Counted from the stretch's first letter, positions 39,138-53,584 are shown. The stretch: 64,000 bases of DNA from Octopus vulgaris (GCA_951406725.2 OX597821.1:98518001-98582000); one strand, 5' to 3'. Notes: generated by a model from the letters alone, not told the origin. Numbers and translations are program-made.

Positions 39138-39944
39138 TGTGTATACACATTATGTAAGGCCACGGTTTCTGTCTCTCCTGTCCTGTCTCCCCTGCACCTC
39201 CTTTCTCATGCTTCCTTTTCCAGTCAGTCCCTTGACCATTGACATCATGATCCTTTTCTTCTGGCTCATCCCCACACATCCTGCTGATCTCAAAGATCAC
39301 CTCCTCAATTCACCCCATGTCAAAATCTACCACCCAGCCGGGCAGGCATCTTGCACGTTGTGATCTTCTTAAACTGGGAACCTCATTCTCTTTCTCTTCT
39401 CCACAATCACCATCCAACAAAGCGACAATTCTACAAACATTCAAGACATGACGCAGCATTCCATCCACTGAAATGCTGCTTTTAGAATTGACAGCCGTCA
39501 CTATTCCTCTGTTCCACTGAGTTGTGCAGCATGCCTTTGGTGGCTTGACCCACCTCCACAAAGTCGGGCCTGCTCTCTTCTACAGGGCATCTCAATGGTT
39601 TACTCAGATGCCGCCATTCATATTTGAATATCGCTCTATGTGGCATGGACCCTTTGTCCTGATCGCGAGAGCATGTACCAGAACACCGCTTCCAGCGACA
39701 AGACATGTCCCCTCTCCACAATAGCCTTGATCATTCAGTGATGTCTCTCCATGATCCCATTTCCACTCGGCCTGTATGCTGCTCTGAAAAAGTGATGGAT
39801 TTTTCCACCTGTCAAGCATCTCCTTCAGTGCCTCCGAACGAAATGCTGTGCTGATGTCCATCAGCAATTCATCCACAGGCTCCCTCTCTGGTCAGTCCCT
39901 TGACTATTGATGTCATGGCCCCCTTCTTCCAGTTCATCCCCACA
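39138..39944 (-). mobile_element. Heavily deleted Gypsy-like LTR retrotransposon (integrase relic between two LTR starts)
   Basis: DELLMDISTAFRSEALKEMLDRWK...AYRPSGNGIMERHH*MIKAIVERG...EAVFWY...AIFKYEWRH...WVKPPKACCTTQWNRGIVTAVNSKSSISVDGMLRHVL; related TGTGGGGATGA... repeat starting at 39944 and 39276 on the minus strand. Confidence 0.78.
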
Positions 39945-40019
39945 ACTTTTACTATTATATAGTTTCAATTTCAATTACTTTCAATATGTATTTATGTACG
40001 TTTCTATATGTACACACAC

Positions 40020-40063
<44 letters not shown>

Positions 40064-40134
40064 GTGTATATATATGTGTGTATATGTATATATGTCTATA
40101 TATATGTGTGTGTGTGTATATATGTCTATATATA

Positions 40135-40181
<47 letters not shown>

Positions 40182-40285
40182 ATATGTATGCATACATATG
40201 TATATATATGTATTTATGAATATATATGTATTTAAGTATATATATGTATATATATGTATGTATATATATGTATATATATGTATGT

Positions 40286-40327
<42 letters not shown>

Positions 40328-40564
40328 TTCTTTATTGCCCACAAGGGGCTAAACATAGAGGGGACAAACAAGGACAGACAAAGGAATTAAGTCGATTACA
40401 TCGACCCCAGTGCGTAACTGCTACTTAATTTATTGACCCCCGAAAGGATGAAAGGCAAAGTCGACCTCGGCGGGATTTGAACTCAGAACGTAGCGACAGA
40501 CGAAATACTGCTAAGCATTTCGCCCGACGTGCTAACGATTTTGCCATATATGTGTGTATATATG

Positions 40565-40595
<31 letters not shown>

Positions 40596-41164
40596 ATCTA
40601 TATCTATATATATGTATATATACAATTTAAAAATAGGGTAAAATCTTTATAAGAATTTATCCAGTAGTTAGCGTGAAAAACCTAATAAGGGAAAAAATTA
40701 TTAATTCTTCCCTTTAAATATATTTATTTATATTAAGGGCATTACTATACATAAATGCCTCACACTAGTAGGGACTCTTAAAGTCAACACTAACATAATA
40801 AACACATTGTACCAAACACGAAGGAATGCAACTCTCAAAGCAAGCCTTTTAAAAACAGATTCAGCTGCCGAACCACTAAGTTACAGGGACGTGAACACAC
40901 CAACATCGGTTTCTAAGCAATGGTGTGTGTGTGCATGGTGGGGTACAAATAAACACCCATAAATATGTATGTATATATTTATATATATATATAGGACAGA
41001 CTTCTTTCAGTTTCCGTGAAGCAAAACCACTGATATGGCTTTGGTCAGTCCACAGCTATAGTAGAAGACACTTCCCCAAGGTGCCACACAGTGGGACTGA
41101 ACTCGGAACCATGTAGTTTGGAAGCAAGCTTCTTAGCACACAGCCTTGCCTGCCCTTTTTTTTT

Positions 41165-41790
41165 TCATTTCATTTCATCTAGTTTCAGCTCACGAGCTGT
41201 GGCCATGCTGAGGCACTGCCATTTGGTGTTGCTACATGATTTTACTTCACGAATGCTTCTTTTAGCAATTGACATTTGGTGCATAAGAGAGTTTGATGCA
41301 GCTGCCCTCATCTGCACTTCCTGCTGTGAAGTTGATTCATTTGGGACACCTGACAGGAAGAGGTCCAGCTTTATTTTGAAGACACCTACATCCACACCAT
41401 GCAGATCTCTCAGCTTCTTCGGAAGGATACTGAAGAGCTGTGGACCTCTGAAGCTCAGGCTATTGCAGTATCTTGTCCTACATCTTGATGGCAAATTTGG
41501 AGTCCTTGGCACCATGCAGTGGCGCCCAGTTCTAGTATTTGTGTAACTCCCGATGCCAAAGTTTGGGACAAGTCCTTCCAGATGTATATTATGGATGTAT
41601 ATTATGGCATATCTTTCTCACCTACGCTCTAAGGAATAGAGTCTTAATCTCTTGAGTCTTCCCCAATAGCTTATATGCTGCATAGAGGCTATCTTCTTCG
41701 TGTAGCTTCGTTGGATTGCCTCAAGTTCTGAGATTAATTTGACACTGGACACTGGATGGTGACCATAGCTAAAAGCAATAGTCAAAGTGG
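41165..41790 (-). pseudogene. CR1-group LINE 3' end
   Basis: Post-RT region ...LRLYSLERR.ERYAII...GLVPNFGI...RTGRHC...YCNSLSFRGPQLFSILPKKLRD...FKIKLDLFL...NSL. Confidence 0.8.
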
Positions 41791-41970
41791 CTTAGGACAA
41801 GTGTCGTTCATTGATCAGGTAGTCTGCAGTAGGGTGTCATTTATATATAAATTCATGCATATATATATGTATGCATGTATATATGTGAATATATATATAT
41901 ATATGTATACTATATATGTATGTATATATATGTTACTCAGAGTAACAGGTTTTGTGGAATTTTCTGCTGT

Positions 41971-42028
<58 letters not shown>

Positions 42029-42040
42029 GCTTTAAATAAA

Positions 42041-42095
<55 letters not shown>

Positions 42096-42109
42096 TATAC
42101 ATATACTTC

Positions 42110-42144
<35 letters not shown>

Positions 42145-42344
42145 TTATATACATGCATACACATATATACATCCATACATATATTTAGACATATATATGC
42201 ATTTATATATACATACATACGTGCAGATGTATATACACATATATACATGCATATGTGTGTGTGTGTGTGTGTGTGTGTACATATATACATGTGAGATATA
42301 TGTGTGAAATAATAGTTTCACTTTTATAGTTTCAGTATCAATAA

Positions 42345-42570
42345 TGACACTATTAAACTGAAATATCTCACATTACAATAGAGACGTTATTGTTTCACTT
42401 TTGCCATGTAATACTGAAATAAGAGATATTTCTGGGTTCGCATTAGCCCATCACACTCCATGGACCCTATGTAAGGCATGTCTAAAATCTGAATGAAATT
42501 GTTTGGGTAGTTCTCAAGTTTTAGTGATGCACACATACAGACACATTCTCAGTTTTATATACATAGATAT
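42345..42570 (+). mobile_element. Possible Helitron-like non-autonomous 3' end
   Basis: 'tctaaaatctgaatgaaattgtttgggtagttctcaagtttt...acatacagacac...ttttatatacatagat' resembles a common invertebrate Helitron-like terminus; pattern recognition only. Confidence 0.35.
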
Positions 42571-43459
42571 ATACATATATAAATGTTTGTATGTATGAGC
42601 ATGTGTTTGTGTCCCTTTGTCTTCAATTTGTATGATAGTTGTAAATGAATGTCACTATCATATAGAGTCATTCATTTCTAATATTCATTGTAAATATGAC
42701 AGACCATGGGAAAATATTACCTTGCTGGTTGGCAACTGGAAGAGCATCTAGTCATAAAAATCTGCCTCAATAAACTCCATCCAACCCATGCATACATGGA
42801 AAAGTGGATGTTAAAACAATATTGATGATGATGATGATGATGATGATTGTATGTTAAAAGAATATAAATAAAAACAGAAAACAAGCTATTGATATTTCAG
42901 ACACATTATTACATATGTTTTAATAATCTATCAGTAAATTGATTATTGATATATTTTTGGTATTGTCATCTGATGATATGATTGATAATCAATTTAATTA
43001 TTGATTATTAAAACTTACGTAATGAAATATCTGAAATATCAGTAACTGGTTTTCTGTTTTTTGTGCTTTTAAACTATATTTGGCTCTTGTTACTACACTA
43101 TAACCTGAGTCTTTATTGACACTTCATTGACAGCATTATACTGGTGTGAGAGTTTAATATAGCTGGAAACTTGAACACCAGTTTTCTATGATGACTTGTG
43201 CATTCAGTGCATCAAGAACTATATATATATATATATATTGGTGTTAGGAAGGGCATCCTGGCGTTTGGAAGAGCATCCAGCTGTAGAAACTCTGCCAGAT
43301 CAAGATTGGAGCCTGGTGCAGCCATCTAGGTCGCCAGCCCTCAGTCAAAATCGTCCAACCCATGCTAGCATGGAAATCGGACGTTAAACGATGATGATGA
43401 TGATGATGATATATATATACACATATATACATATGCACATATACACATATATGTATATA

Positions 43460-44345
43460 TGAGGTGTATTCAAAAAGTATTCTACTTTATATTTTCCCAC
43501 CAAAACTTGTGCCACGTGGGCAAAATCCTGTATGTAGGAGGTAACACCACCCTTCTTGTGCATATATGAAAATTTTCATGCTGTTAAGCCTAGAGTACAG
43601 ATGTGTGGTGCACACTCATCAGATTTTCATTTCCATGCAACGTGACCAAATGCATTGAGCAGAGATGATAAACCCATGTCTCATCACCGTTGATGATAGT
43701 CTTCATGAAGTCTGGGTTGGGGTTTACATAGTCCAGCATGTCCTGAGTGAGTGCCATGCAAAGATACTTCTTCTGCTCTGCCAGCACCTTGGAAACAAAT
43801 TCCACCACCACTCTCCGCATACACAAACCCTTCATTAAAATGGAATGCACTGATCCTGGGCTTATTCCCACTTTGTGAGCAGTTTCCTCGATTGTTACAC
43901 AATGGTCTTCCATAACTATTGGCTGAACTTTTCCAGTTGGCTCCTCATTTCGGCTTGCGGATCACTTGCCTGAGCATGTGACCACTGAGGTGTGACCATG
44001 TATGCTGCAGTTGTACAACTCTTTGTTCTGAATTATGTCCATGGCATTATTGCCTGACGCCTGTTGAATCTTCTGGACTGTTTCAACATCAGTGTCACCA
44101 AGCTTTCAGCAAAACATAATAAAATATCTCTGCTTGATGCATTTGATGCAAATGGAAATCTGGTGAGCATACACTACACATCTATATTCTAGGTGTAACA
44201 GCCAGGAACTGACGAGGCCTATTGGTGCAAAAATTTTCATGCATGTACAGAAAGGGTGACGTCACTGGCCACCCAGAGGATTTTGTCCACGTCACATTGG
44301 TTTTGGCAGAAAAAATAAAGTTAGATGCTTTTTGAATGCACTTTG
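43460..44345 (-). mobile_element. Rearranged mariner element: 5' half of transposase flanked by two inverted 5' ends (~210 bp)
   Basis: ORF 43590-43913: ...VGISPGSVHSIL...FVSKVL...DFMKTIINGDETWVY; 43460-43670 is a diverged reverse complement of about 44125-44345. Confidence 0.82.
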
Positions 44346-44688
44346 TGTCTACCTTGAGCAAGTGTTTTCTACTATAGCCTCAGGCCAACCAAAGCCTTAT
44401 GAGTGGATTTGGAAGACAGAAACTGAAAGAAGCCTATCATATGTGTGTGTGTGTGTGCGTGTGTGTGTGTGTGCATGTGTGTGTGTGTGTGCGTGCGTGT
44501 GTGTTTCTCCCCCACCATCGCTTAACAACCAATGTCGGTGTGTTTACTTCCCCCGCAACGTAGCGGTTTGGCCAAAGAGAGTGATAGAATAAGTACTAGG
44601 CTCATAGAGAATAAGTCCTGGGGTTGATTATTTCAACTAAAGGCGGTGCTCCAGATTGGCCACAATCAAATGAATGGAACAAGTAAAA

Positions 44689-44749
<61 letters not shown>

Positions 44750-45676
44750 CATTTACCATTCAAGTTGCAGCTCTTATTTAGTAATAACATTAAACTCCCA
44801 ACACTGTGTCATGCCAAAGGGTTCTGTGTGACCTGAGAAGGGCTATAATGCACTATAAACATCAATAAGAAGAGAGAAATACATGAGCACGAACACGACA
44901 TTCTTTGATTACCTCTGTTACATATATTTCAGTATTTGGTAATTAATGCTGTCACACTATAACTGCAGTGCATAAATACAACTCATAAATTGCATCTATG
45001 GATTGCATTTATATGTAGTGTGACATCATTAATTAATTACCTATTATTGAAACATGTGTAGAGAATCCTACAAGCATGATACGGATTCGATCCACCATAG
45101 CGAAATTTAAATCAACATGGCTACAGAACTTTTCCCACGGCGGAACAATGGTTTTTCTCTCACAGCAGTTTTTACATTTTCCAGATGCCTTTTAGCTAGG
45201 CCAAAATAATGTCTTCACCACTTGACCCTTTCTAACCTCTTCTACTTCACCAAAAGCTAGAATAGATAACAAGACCACCAACTAAACTTATTGTTCTCAA
45301 CGATATATCTATCTTTCTGGATCTTAATATAAGCAAGCACATCCCAAGCAAAAATCAGTTAATCACCAGCCGGGTGACGACTCGGCAGTTAGTCACCACT
45401 CAGTGACAACTCAGGGAGAACGTAGTCTGGCTGACCAGCTACAATCTTGGCCAGAGAGAGAAATGAAGTATACTCTTTAGCTCTAATTCTGTCCCTTACA
45501 ACATCATTCTATCTCTCTTTGTAATTACTACTATCTATTTGTATACGTAAAACTATGGAATGAAAAGAACCAAACTTCGCATGCTTTTGGATGTATCAAC
45601 CTGCCCGTCAAGGCTAGGTATTTGTAACGTAAAAGTAAATAAATTAATTTCTTAAAACTTTATGTACTTTTATCTT

Positions 45677-46528
45677 TCACATGATCTTCATCGATGCCTC
45701 CACCAAGTTTGGAGATGGTCTAACGAATGGGACCTGTGTCTGAACGTGTCAAAGTGCTGTCATCTGCCTGTTGGCTCTTCTCCTGCAACTCAACTTGATT
45801 TCGAGCCAGGTCGTCTGCTGCTGGGGAGGACCGACCAGGTAAAGGACCTGGATATCTTGGTGGATTCTTCCTTTTCGCCTTTGGCCCAGTGCGTCCATGC
45901 TGCCAACAAAGCATGCGGAGTTCTGTTTTTGATTCGACGGTTATTCGGAATGTTCACAGCAGCCATATTCCTACCGCTCTATGTCACGCTGGTGAGACCC
46001 ATATTGGAGTACGGGATTCAAGCCTCTTCTCCTTATCTCCTCAAAGACATACATCATCTTGAAAGAGTCCAGAAGCTGGCTACCCACATGGTTCTTGGTC
46101 TCAAGCATTTGCCTTATGAAGAAAGGCTTATGAAGACGCTCGACCTTTATTCTCTAGAAAAACGATGATGCCGTGGTGATCTCATTCTCGCTCACAACAT
46201 CATAAGCGGAAAGTGTAACCTCTCGAAATAGCTGTTCTTCACTCCTGCTTCAGAGCGTCGGCTGCGGGGTCACTCTGAAAAGCTCTATCTGCAACGATTT
46301 CATCTCAATCGAAGGAGAGGGGCTTTCTCCGTCCGGGTTGCGGATCCGTGGAATAAGCTGCTGGACGAGATAGTGAAGATGCCGACGACCACTCGGTTCA
46401 AGGTCTCTCTTGACCAGAAATGGCCTGAACTCTTTGCATGAACACCCTCCCTGTACATAACTCCATGTCCCCCTACATGGCCTTGCTTTTTGCTTTTTGA
46501 GCCAAAAAATTAACTTAACTTAACTTAA
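45677..46528 (+). pseudogene. 5'-truncated CR1-group LINE with (ttaac)n tail; second 3' fragment at about 50605-50742
   Basis: WSNEWDLCLNVSKC...VKDL...LYVTLVRPILEYG...LERVQKLAT...YEERL..LDLYSLEKR**RGDLI...LRGH...FSVRVADPWNKL. Confidence 0.88.
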
Positions 46529-46687
46529 CATCTTATAGGATGCAATCATGACAACTAACTTTTTATCGTTGCATCTGCTGACTTCAACATCAACATACTA
46601 TTGTTTACTAACAAAACAATTACGGCCATTACACATGTAATAGACATAATAAAGGAATACCAAGTTTATGCCCATGTTTTATCTCTC

Positions 46688-46764
<77 letters not shown>

Positions 46765-46917
46765 GTATGTATAAAAAATATATATAAAAATACAAAATGG
46801 GACAAGAACGCAAAACATTCAAATAGACAATACAAAAAACGGATGGGTCATTTGAAGCCTCTAATCTTCAGTCAAGAACCAGATCATCCTCGCAATTTCG
46901 GCTGATTAATCTTGATA

Positions 46918-46946
<29 letters not shown>

Positions 46947-46948
<2 letters not shown>

Positions 46949-48560
46949 CAGGTCATTAAGAATGAAATGTTTGATTTTCTTATGCACTAAGTTTGACAGT
47001 CATTGACTATAATGTTTTATCCTTTGTTTTACAACATTGAAGAGTCACATCATCACTTTTCAAAATGCAATTCATGATGTCTGATTATATTGTGAGCTTT
47101 CTCTTATCAATTAATTTTTGTGAACCCATGGATAGAGCAAAAATTCATGTTGTTTATTAATATGAATTCCGTTGTGGAACCAATGTGTCCCACACAACTC
47201 AAAACATCAGTGAGGAAGTAAAATGTGGTGAATGAGTGCACTGCACATCGATGGTTTGAGAAGTCCTGACTGGTAGACCTGAGACAAAGGTAGATAATGA
47301 TGAGCTGGAAACTGTAGTGGAGGCAGGTACATCTCAAACTATGCATGAGTTAGGATCAAGGTTTGATGTTTTGATTTCAATGGTATTGGACCATCTGAAA
47401 CAAATCGACAAGGAGCTGAATAAGTGGGTACCACACAAACTGAACGAGCATCAAATAATACATCATCTTGAAACTTGCTATTCTTTGCTGTAATTGCATA
47501 AAAGCAAACCATTTTTGCATTGTATTGTAATGTTTGATGAAAAATGGATTCTTTTCAACACCTGCAAGCATTCTGCACAGTGGCAGGAGTGGCTGTGTGG
47601 TAAGTAGCTTACTAATCAACCAAATGGTTCCAGGTTCAGTCCCACTGCATGGCATCTTGGGCAAGTGTCTTCTGCTATAGCTTCGGGCCGACCAATGCCT
47701 TGTGAGTGGATTTGGTAGACGGAAATTGAAAGAATCTTGTCGCATATATGTATATATATATATATGTGTGTGTATGTGTTTGTCCCCCTAGCATTGCTTG
47801 ACAACCGATGCTGGTGTGTTTATGTCCCCGTCACTTAGTGGTTCAGCAAAAGAGACTGATAGAATAAGTACTGGGCTTACAAAGAATAAGTCCCGGGGTC
47901 GATTTGCTCAACTAAAGGCGGTGCTCCAGCATGGCCGCAGTCAAATGACTGAAACAAGTAAAAGAGTAAAGAGAGTGGTTGGATAGAGATGAAATGCCAA
48001 AACACAATCCAAAAAAGAATATTCACCAAAAAATTCTAATGGTGTCTGTTTGGTAGTCCAGCACTGGTGTCATCAATTACAGCTTCATGAGACCTGGTAA
48101 GTCAAATTACAGCAGATGTATACATCAATCAACTGGATAAAATGATGAGTAAACTTGCAATTAAACAACAGGGATTGGTCAATAGAGACAGGCCAATTCT
48201 CTTGCAAGACAATGCTTGACAATCTGTTGCGCAAAGAATGTTACTCATGTTACAGGAACTGAACTTGGAAGTACTCTCTCATCCACCATATTCACCAGAT
48301 CATGTACTAATGTTTTCCAGGTATTAGACAACATTTTGCAAGGTAAAACTTAAAATCTGAAGAAGATGTAAAAATAGCCTTTTGTGATTTCATCACCGCT
48401 TGCTCCCCAGAATTCTTCGCTGCCAGCATAAATAAGCTACCGATAAAATGGCAAAACTGTGTTGATAATTTAGGTGCATACTTTGATTAACTGTTTTTTG
48501 TTGAGATAAAGTAAAATAAACTTTCAGTTCAAAATTGGACATTTCATTCTTAACGACCTG

Positions 48561-48562
<2 letters not shown>
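46947..48562 (+). mobile_element. Full-span decayed mariner transposon interrupted by a SINE (47582-47973)
   Basis: TIRs atcaggtcattaagaatgaaatgt / acatttcattcttaacgacctgat in (TA)n; motifs WVPHKL, PFLHCIVMFDEKWI, LQDNA, HPPYSPD. Confidence 0.92.
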
Positions 48563-48616
<54 letters not shown>

Positions 48617-48916
48617 CAGGTCATTATGAATGAAATGTCCAATTTATATATATATCTACATGGTAAATTGTGAATTTTATTTTTTGAAGCCATACCAGAA
48701 AGTGAAGAGAATGCAAGTGAATAGCAGCAAGTGTCTTAAAAATTATCCTGGCACATGAAAGTACCCACTGTTTGGCATTAGGAAGGGCATCCAGCCATAG
48801 AAACCATGCCAAATCAGAAAGGAGTCTAGTGCAGCCTTCCAGCTTGCCAGCCCTGGTCAAACCATTCAACCTATGCCACCATGACAACAGTCATTAAATG
48901 ATGATAATGATGATGA

Positions 48917-48954
<38 letters not shown>

Positions 48955-48955
<1 letters not shown>

Positions 48956-49325
48956 AAGGACAGCTGAGAAAGGAATAAATGATTAATCTTATGAAATTCT
49001 TTAGCTTACATTTGTTTCTGCTATAACATATAGTGGACTCATAGTTGAGTGCCTGAATATCACCTTATGGCTTCATCGGAGCCTTGGACACACGCACGCA
49101 CACACACACACACGCACACACACACCATCAGAAGATGCTTTCTCATTGCTGATGTCATCCCCTATATAAGTAGTAATGTAATTCTTTCCCAAATGAATTG
49201 CTCCAATGAAGCTATAAGATGCTCTTCAGGCACTCAGCTGTATCTTATAGCAGAAACAGCTGTAAGCAGATGAAATTCATAAGATAACCATTTATTCCTT
49301 TGTCATCTCATTTTCTTATTACTGC
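48955..49325. mobile_element. Diverged fold-back element (family H) with an HHR in each arm: 49004-49082(-) and 49200-49267(+)
   Basis: + arm: gct CCAATGA a-gctataagat...atcttatagc-a GAAAC agct GTA agc; the - arm core reads CCGATGA. Confidence 0.68.
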
Positions 49326-49489
49326 TCTATACTTGGCTAACACTTTGTTTTGAAGTATATGTATAGTGAGTTCTACACCAGGCTATTAGTCGCGCAATGC
49401 CTAAGCAAAATATTAAAACATTATGTCTGTGTGTGTGTGAATATATATACACACACACACAGATGCACACCCACCGACCCACAAACACT

Positions 49490-50420
49490 CAGGATACATT
49501 TGGTATTTGTAAACTAATTATTTAGCAGTCCACAAATGGGAGTCAACGTAAAAGTGCCAAATTATAACTTTATCTTTTAGACATATCTGCTGCATCAACA
49601 TAGCAGGTTGCTGTCTGACACAGAAAATGAAAAAAGCATGGTGTGTTCATAGCTTTTGGCCACCAATTACAATGACTTGAAAATCACTAGCTTCTTGTAT
49701 GCAGTTAGGTCTTTCATATTCAGTGTCAAGAGTGGAGGTGCAATGACCCAGTGGTTAGGGCAGCGGACTCGCGGTCATAGGATCGCGGTTTCGATTCCCA
49801 GACCGGGCGTTGTGAGTGTTTATTGAGCGAAAACACCTAAAGCTCCACGAGAGGCTCCGGCAGGGGATGGTGGTGATCCCTGCTGTACTCTTTCACCACA
49901 ACTTTCTCTCACTCTTACTTCCTGTTTCTGTTGTACCTGTATTTCAAAGGGCTGGCCTTGTCACTCTCTGTGTCACGCTGAATATCCCCGAGAACTACGT
50001 TAAGGGTACACTTGTCTGTGGAGTGCTCAGCCACTTACACGTTAATTTCACGAGCAGGCTGTTCCGTTGATTCGGATCAACCGGAACCCTCGTCGTTGTA
50101 ACCGACGGAGTGCTTCCTATTCAGTCTCAAGAGCTGAAGGCATCAGCAGGGACATGTCATTGAAAGGAAAGATTAAGAAACACTCTCAGCTGTCAGACAT
50201 CATTAGAAACGTCAATTTTGGCCTGCAGATTCATGATATCATCAACTACAGTCCCAACAGGCCAATGAAGACTGTCACCAAGCAGGAATCCAGTATCAGA
50301 TTTCTGGTGAATGAAAACTCCAGTCATAAGCTTTATGTGATGAGCAGAGGATAGCTCTTGTCTGGCAAGACCTAGGAGGACTGTGTGATCATGTAACATA
50401 AAGCTTTCTAACTTTGATCT
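49490..50420 (+). pseudogene. Decayed maT/Tc1-like transposase N-terminus, split by a SINE
   Basis: ...EMKK.../...SPNRPMKTVTKQESSIRFLVNENSSHKLYVMSRG*LLS, resembling the recalled pattern P..SMR...E.TIR..V.ED...KSYVM.RG. Confidence 0.55.
49733..50117 (+). mobile_element. tRNA-derived SINE (head A plus tail X)
   Basis: 16-bp TSD tattcagt(g/c)tcaagag at 49717-49732 and 50118-50133. Confidence 0.9.
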
Positions 50421-52082
50421 GAGCTTTCTAGCTTTGATCTGAGCTTTCTAGACTGCTGTGTTTGGTGTATTATTGAGGTATGACTGGGTCAGCAGCCCCA
50501 TGGTACCAAGGACTCATTGAAGGTTGCTGTTGTGGGTGTGTGTATGTGGAGGAGGGTGGCATGGGCCAGGTCTATCTGACCCTGGCATTCAGTTACAAGT
50601 CATGACTGCTCGGTTCAAAGTCTCTCTTGACCAGAAATGGCCTGAACTCTTTGCATGAACACCACCCCGTACATAACTCCATGTCCCCCTACATGGCCTT
50701 GCTTTTTGCTTTTTGAGCCAAAAAATTAACTCAACTTAACTTATTATTGGAGCTGGTTTTGTGGAAAAGCCTGTTTCACTGATGTTTTTATCTGAATATG
50801 TGTGCTATTTCTTTTTTTGTTTTTTTTTGTTTGCTTTTATGTGGAGGGTCTGTTTTGTTTTTTTTTCTTTATTTTTATTGCTTTGCTTTCAGTTATGTGT
50901 GTGTGTGTGTGTGTATGAGAGAGAAAGCGAAAGAATTTTAAAACTTTGAGGAATATGAATTATTTATTTTTAACAGTGGAATTTAAAACAAATAAAGCTG
51001 TAAATAATAGTATATACGATATTCGCTAAAAAAAACAGAAACTCCTTGAATGGAATAAGTCATCTTCACGGAAGATGTGGGTTTGAGTCCCAGAGATAAT
51101 TTCCAAATTTTTCTTATCCAAGGGTTTTAAAAAAATTTTGTATACTACTTGCTATTATTTTATAGCTTTATCTACTTTAGTTTCACTGTTAAAAATAATA
51201 TATATGTATAATAATATATAGATATACTACACTTGCGGAGTGGTTGGCGATAGGAAGGGCATCCAGCCGTAGAAACACTGCCAGATCAGACTGGAGCCTG
51301 GTGCTGCTCCTGGCTTCCCAGACCCTGGTTGAACCATCCAACCCATGCTAGCGCAGGAAACGGACGTTAAACGATGATGATGATGATGATGATATATATC
51401 AAATAAAATCAAAAACAGAACACAAAGAATATTTTATTTGATATATACCCTCTCATCTCTGCCACTAGCTGGCGTATACAGGTGCTTACACTTATCAAGT
51501 ATTCACCCTAAATTTACAGTACCTACTATATATATATGTGCAGCCTTCTGGCTTCCCAGACCCCAGTTGAACCGTCCAACCCATGCTAGCATGGAAAGCG
51601 GACGCTAAACGATGATGATGATGATGATGATGATATATATATACACACACACACATGGCAGAGAAACAGTTTGATGAAATTTTATTTAACTATAAGAAAA
51701 TTGTAATATCACAACAAATTGTTTCATAACTTAATAACATGGAAATCATTTAATCATTTCATAATAAATAAATTACTTAATGCAAAATGCAAAAAATCCT
51801 TCAAAATTATGCAGAATTTAAGCTATATCTTCAGACTATTTCTCTGCCATTCATGATTTTTACACTCCTTATTGTTTTCTCTTGTATTGGACAATATATT
51901 CTACATGTTTTGTAGAATGATACATTAAGGAGCTTTTTTATGGGTATTACCAGATCACTTGAATCCATATATTGTGACTTAAATTTACACACACACACAC
52001 ACACACACATATGTACACTCATACATATACATGCATATTTGTCTACCCATCTATCTCTCCCCTCTCTCTCTGTTTCTCTGTA

Positions 52083-52137
<55 letters not shown>

Positions 52138-53324
52138 GTTTTTATCATATACATAACTGTTGACTAGATTTTCTAATTCTCACATTTTACAATGTATTCT
52201 TGGGAATAGGTACTCTTCAAAACAATACCCAGTTTCTTACCAATCCTATTACCATGAAGAGGGACAAGCCCCTAATTTCCAGCACGGTTGACTTCCAAGT
52301 ACGTAGAATTTTTTCTTTTATCATTCTTTATTATTTACAAAAAGATCATTTTTAAAACACTTGATGCCATCTACTTGTACTCGCTTCATTTTGTGGAATG
52401 GTTTTAAAAAGTAAAATTCACAATTTACCACTTTGACGGCCACCAACTGTAGGTTAAAAAGAAAGACCTGCAGACTAATTAACTGAAACTGATGTTGTTT
52501 TGCCCTATGTCAGTCCCAATGCAGCAGATCTATAATCAAGGATGTCTCATATGTGACTTATTTTTTTGTTACTATTTTGTATTGCAATATTCATGTCCTT
52601 CTATCAAGATAGTAGGGTGTGTTTGAGGGAAATTTAGCTGTTATCTCTTGCAAATTGTTGAGAAACTCTGTAGAAGCATCTTCTTTGTTAGTTTGTCTCA
52701 TACTTATTAATAATAAGTATGTGATGAAAACAAATTCTGAAACACAGTCTTTTGTGTTTCTACAATGTTAATATTTGTTGACACATTCTTCTTGGGATTC
52801 AAATGAGACAGTTTATTAAAATAAATATAATGATGCTAAAACACACACACACACTTTGCGTTTTCCATACACTTACACACACACACACACATGCTCACAC
52901 ACATGCATGCACACAAACACAAAACATACACACATATGCACCAAAGTTATCCTTAAGAGTAATATAGGCATCCTGCAAAGCAATGCACAGAAGTTCCTCC
53001 ATTGACAACAATATCATACATAGATTAGCACTGGGCCTCTAGACCCCTGAACAATTGTCCAGCATGCCCATGCCATAAGAGAGCACTGAGATACAAATAT
53101 ATATACTCTTTACTCTTTTTTTTACTCTTTTACTCTTTTTACTTGTTTCAGTCATTTGACTGCGGCCATGCTGGAGCACCGCCTTTAGTCAAGCAAATCG
53201 ACCCCGGGACTTATTCTTTGTAAGCGCAGTACTTATTCTATCGGTCTCTTTTGCCGAACCGCTAAGTGACGGGGACGTAAACACACCAGCATCGGTTGTC
53301 AAGCAATGCTAGGGGGACACACAA

Positions 53325-53380
<56 letters not shown>

Positions 53381-53513
53381 TATCCAGCTGTAGAAACTCT
53401 GCCAGATCAGATTGGAGTCTGGTTCGCCAGACCTCAGTCAAATCATCCAACCCAAGCTAGCATGGAAAGCAGGTGTTAAACAATGATGATGATATATATA
53501 TGTAATGCATATG

Positions 53514-53584
<71 letters not shown>

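Noticed and set aside
45075-45670. Possible solo LTR upstream of the CR1 fragment
   Set aside because: It has an AATAAA and LTR-like composition, but I could not find matching TG..CA ends with a TSD.
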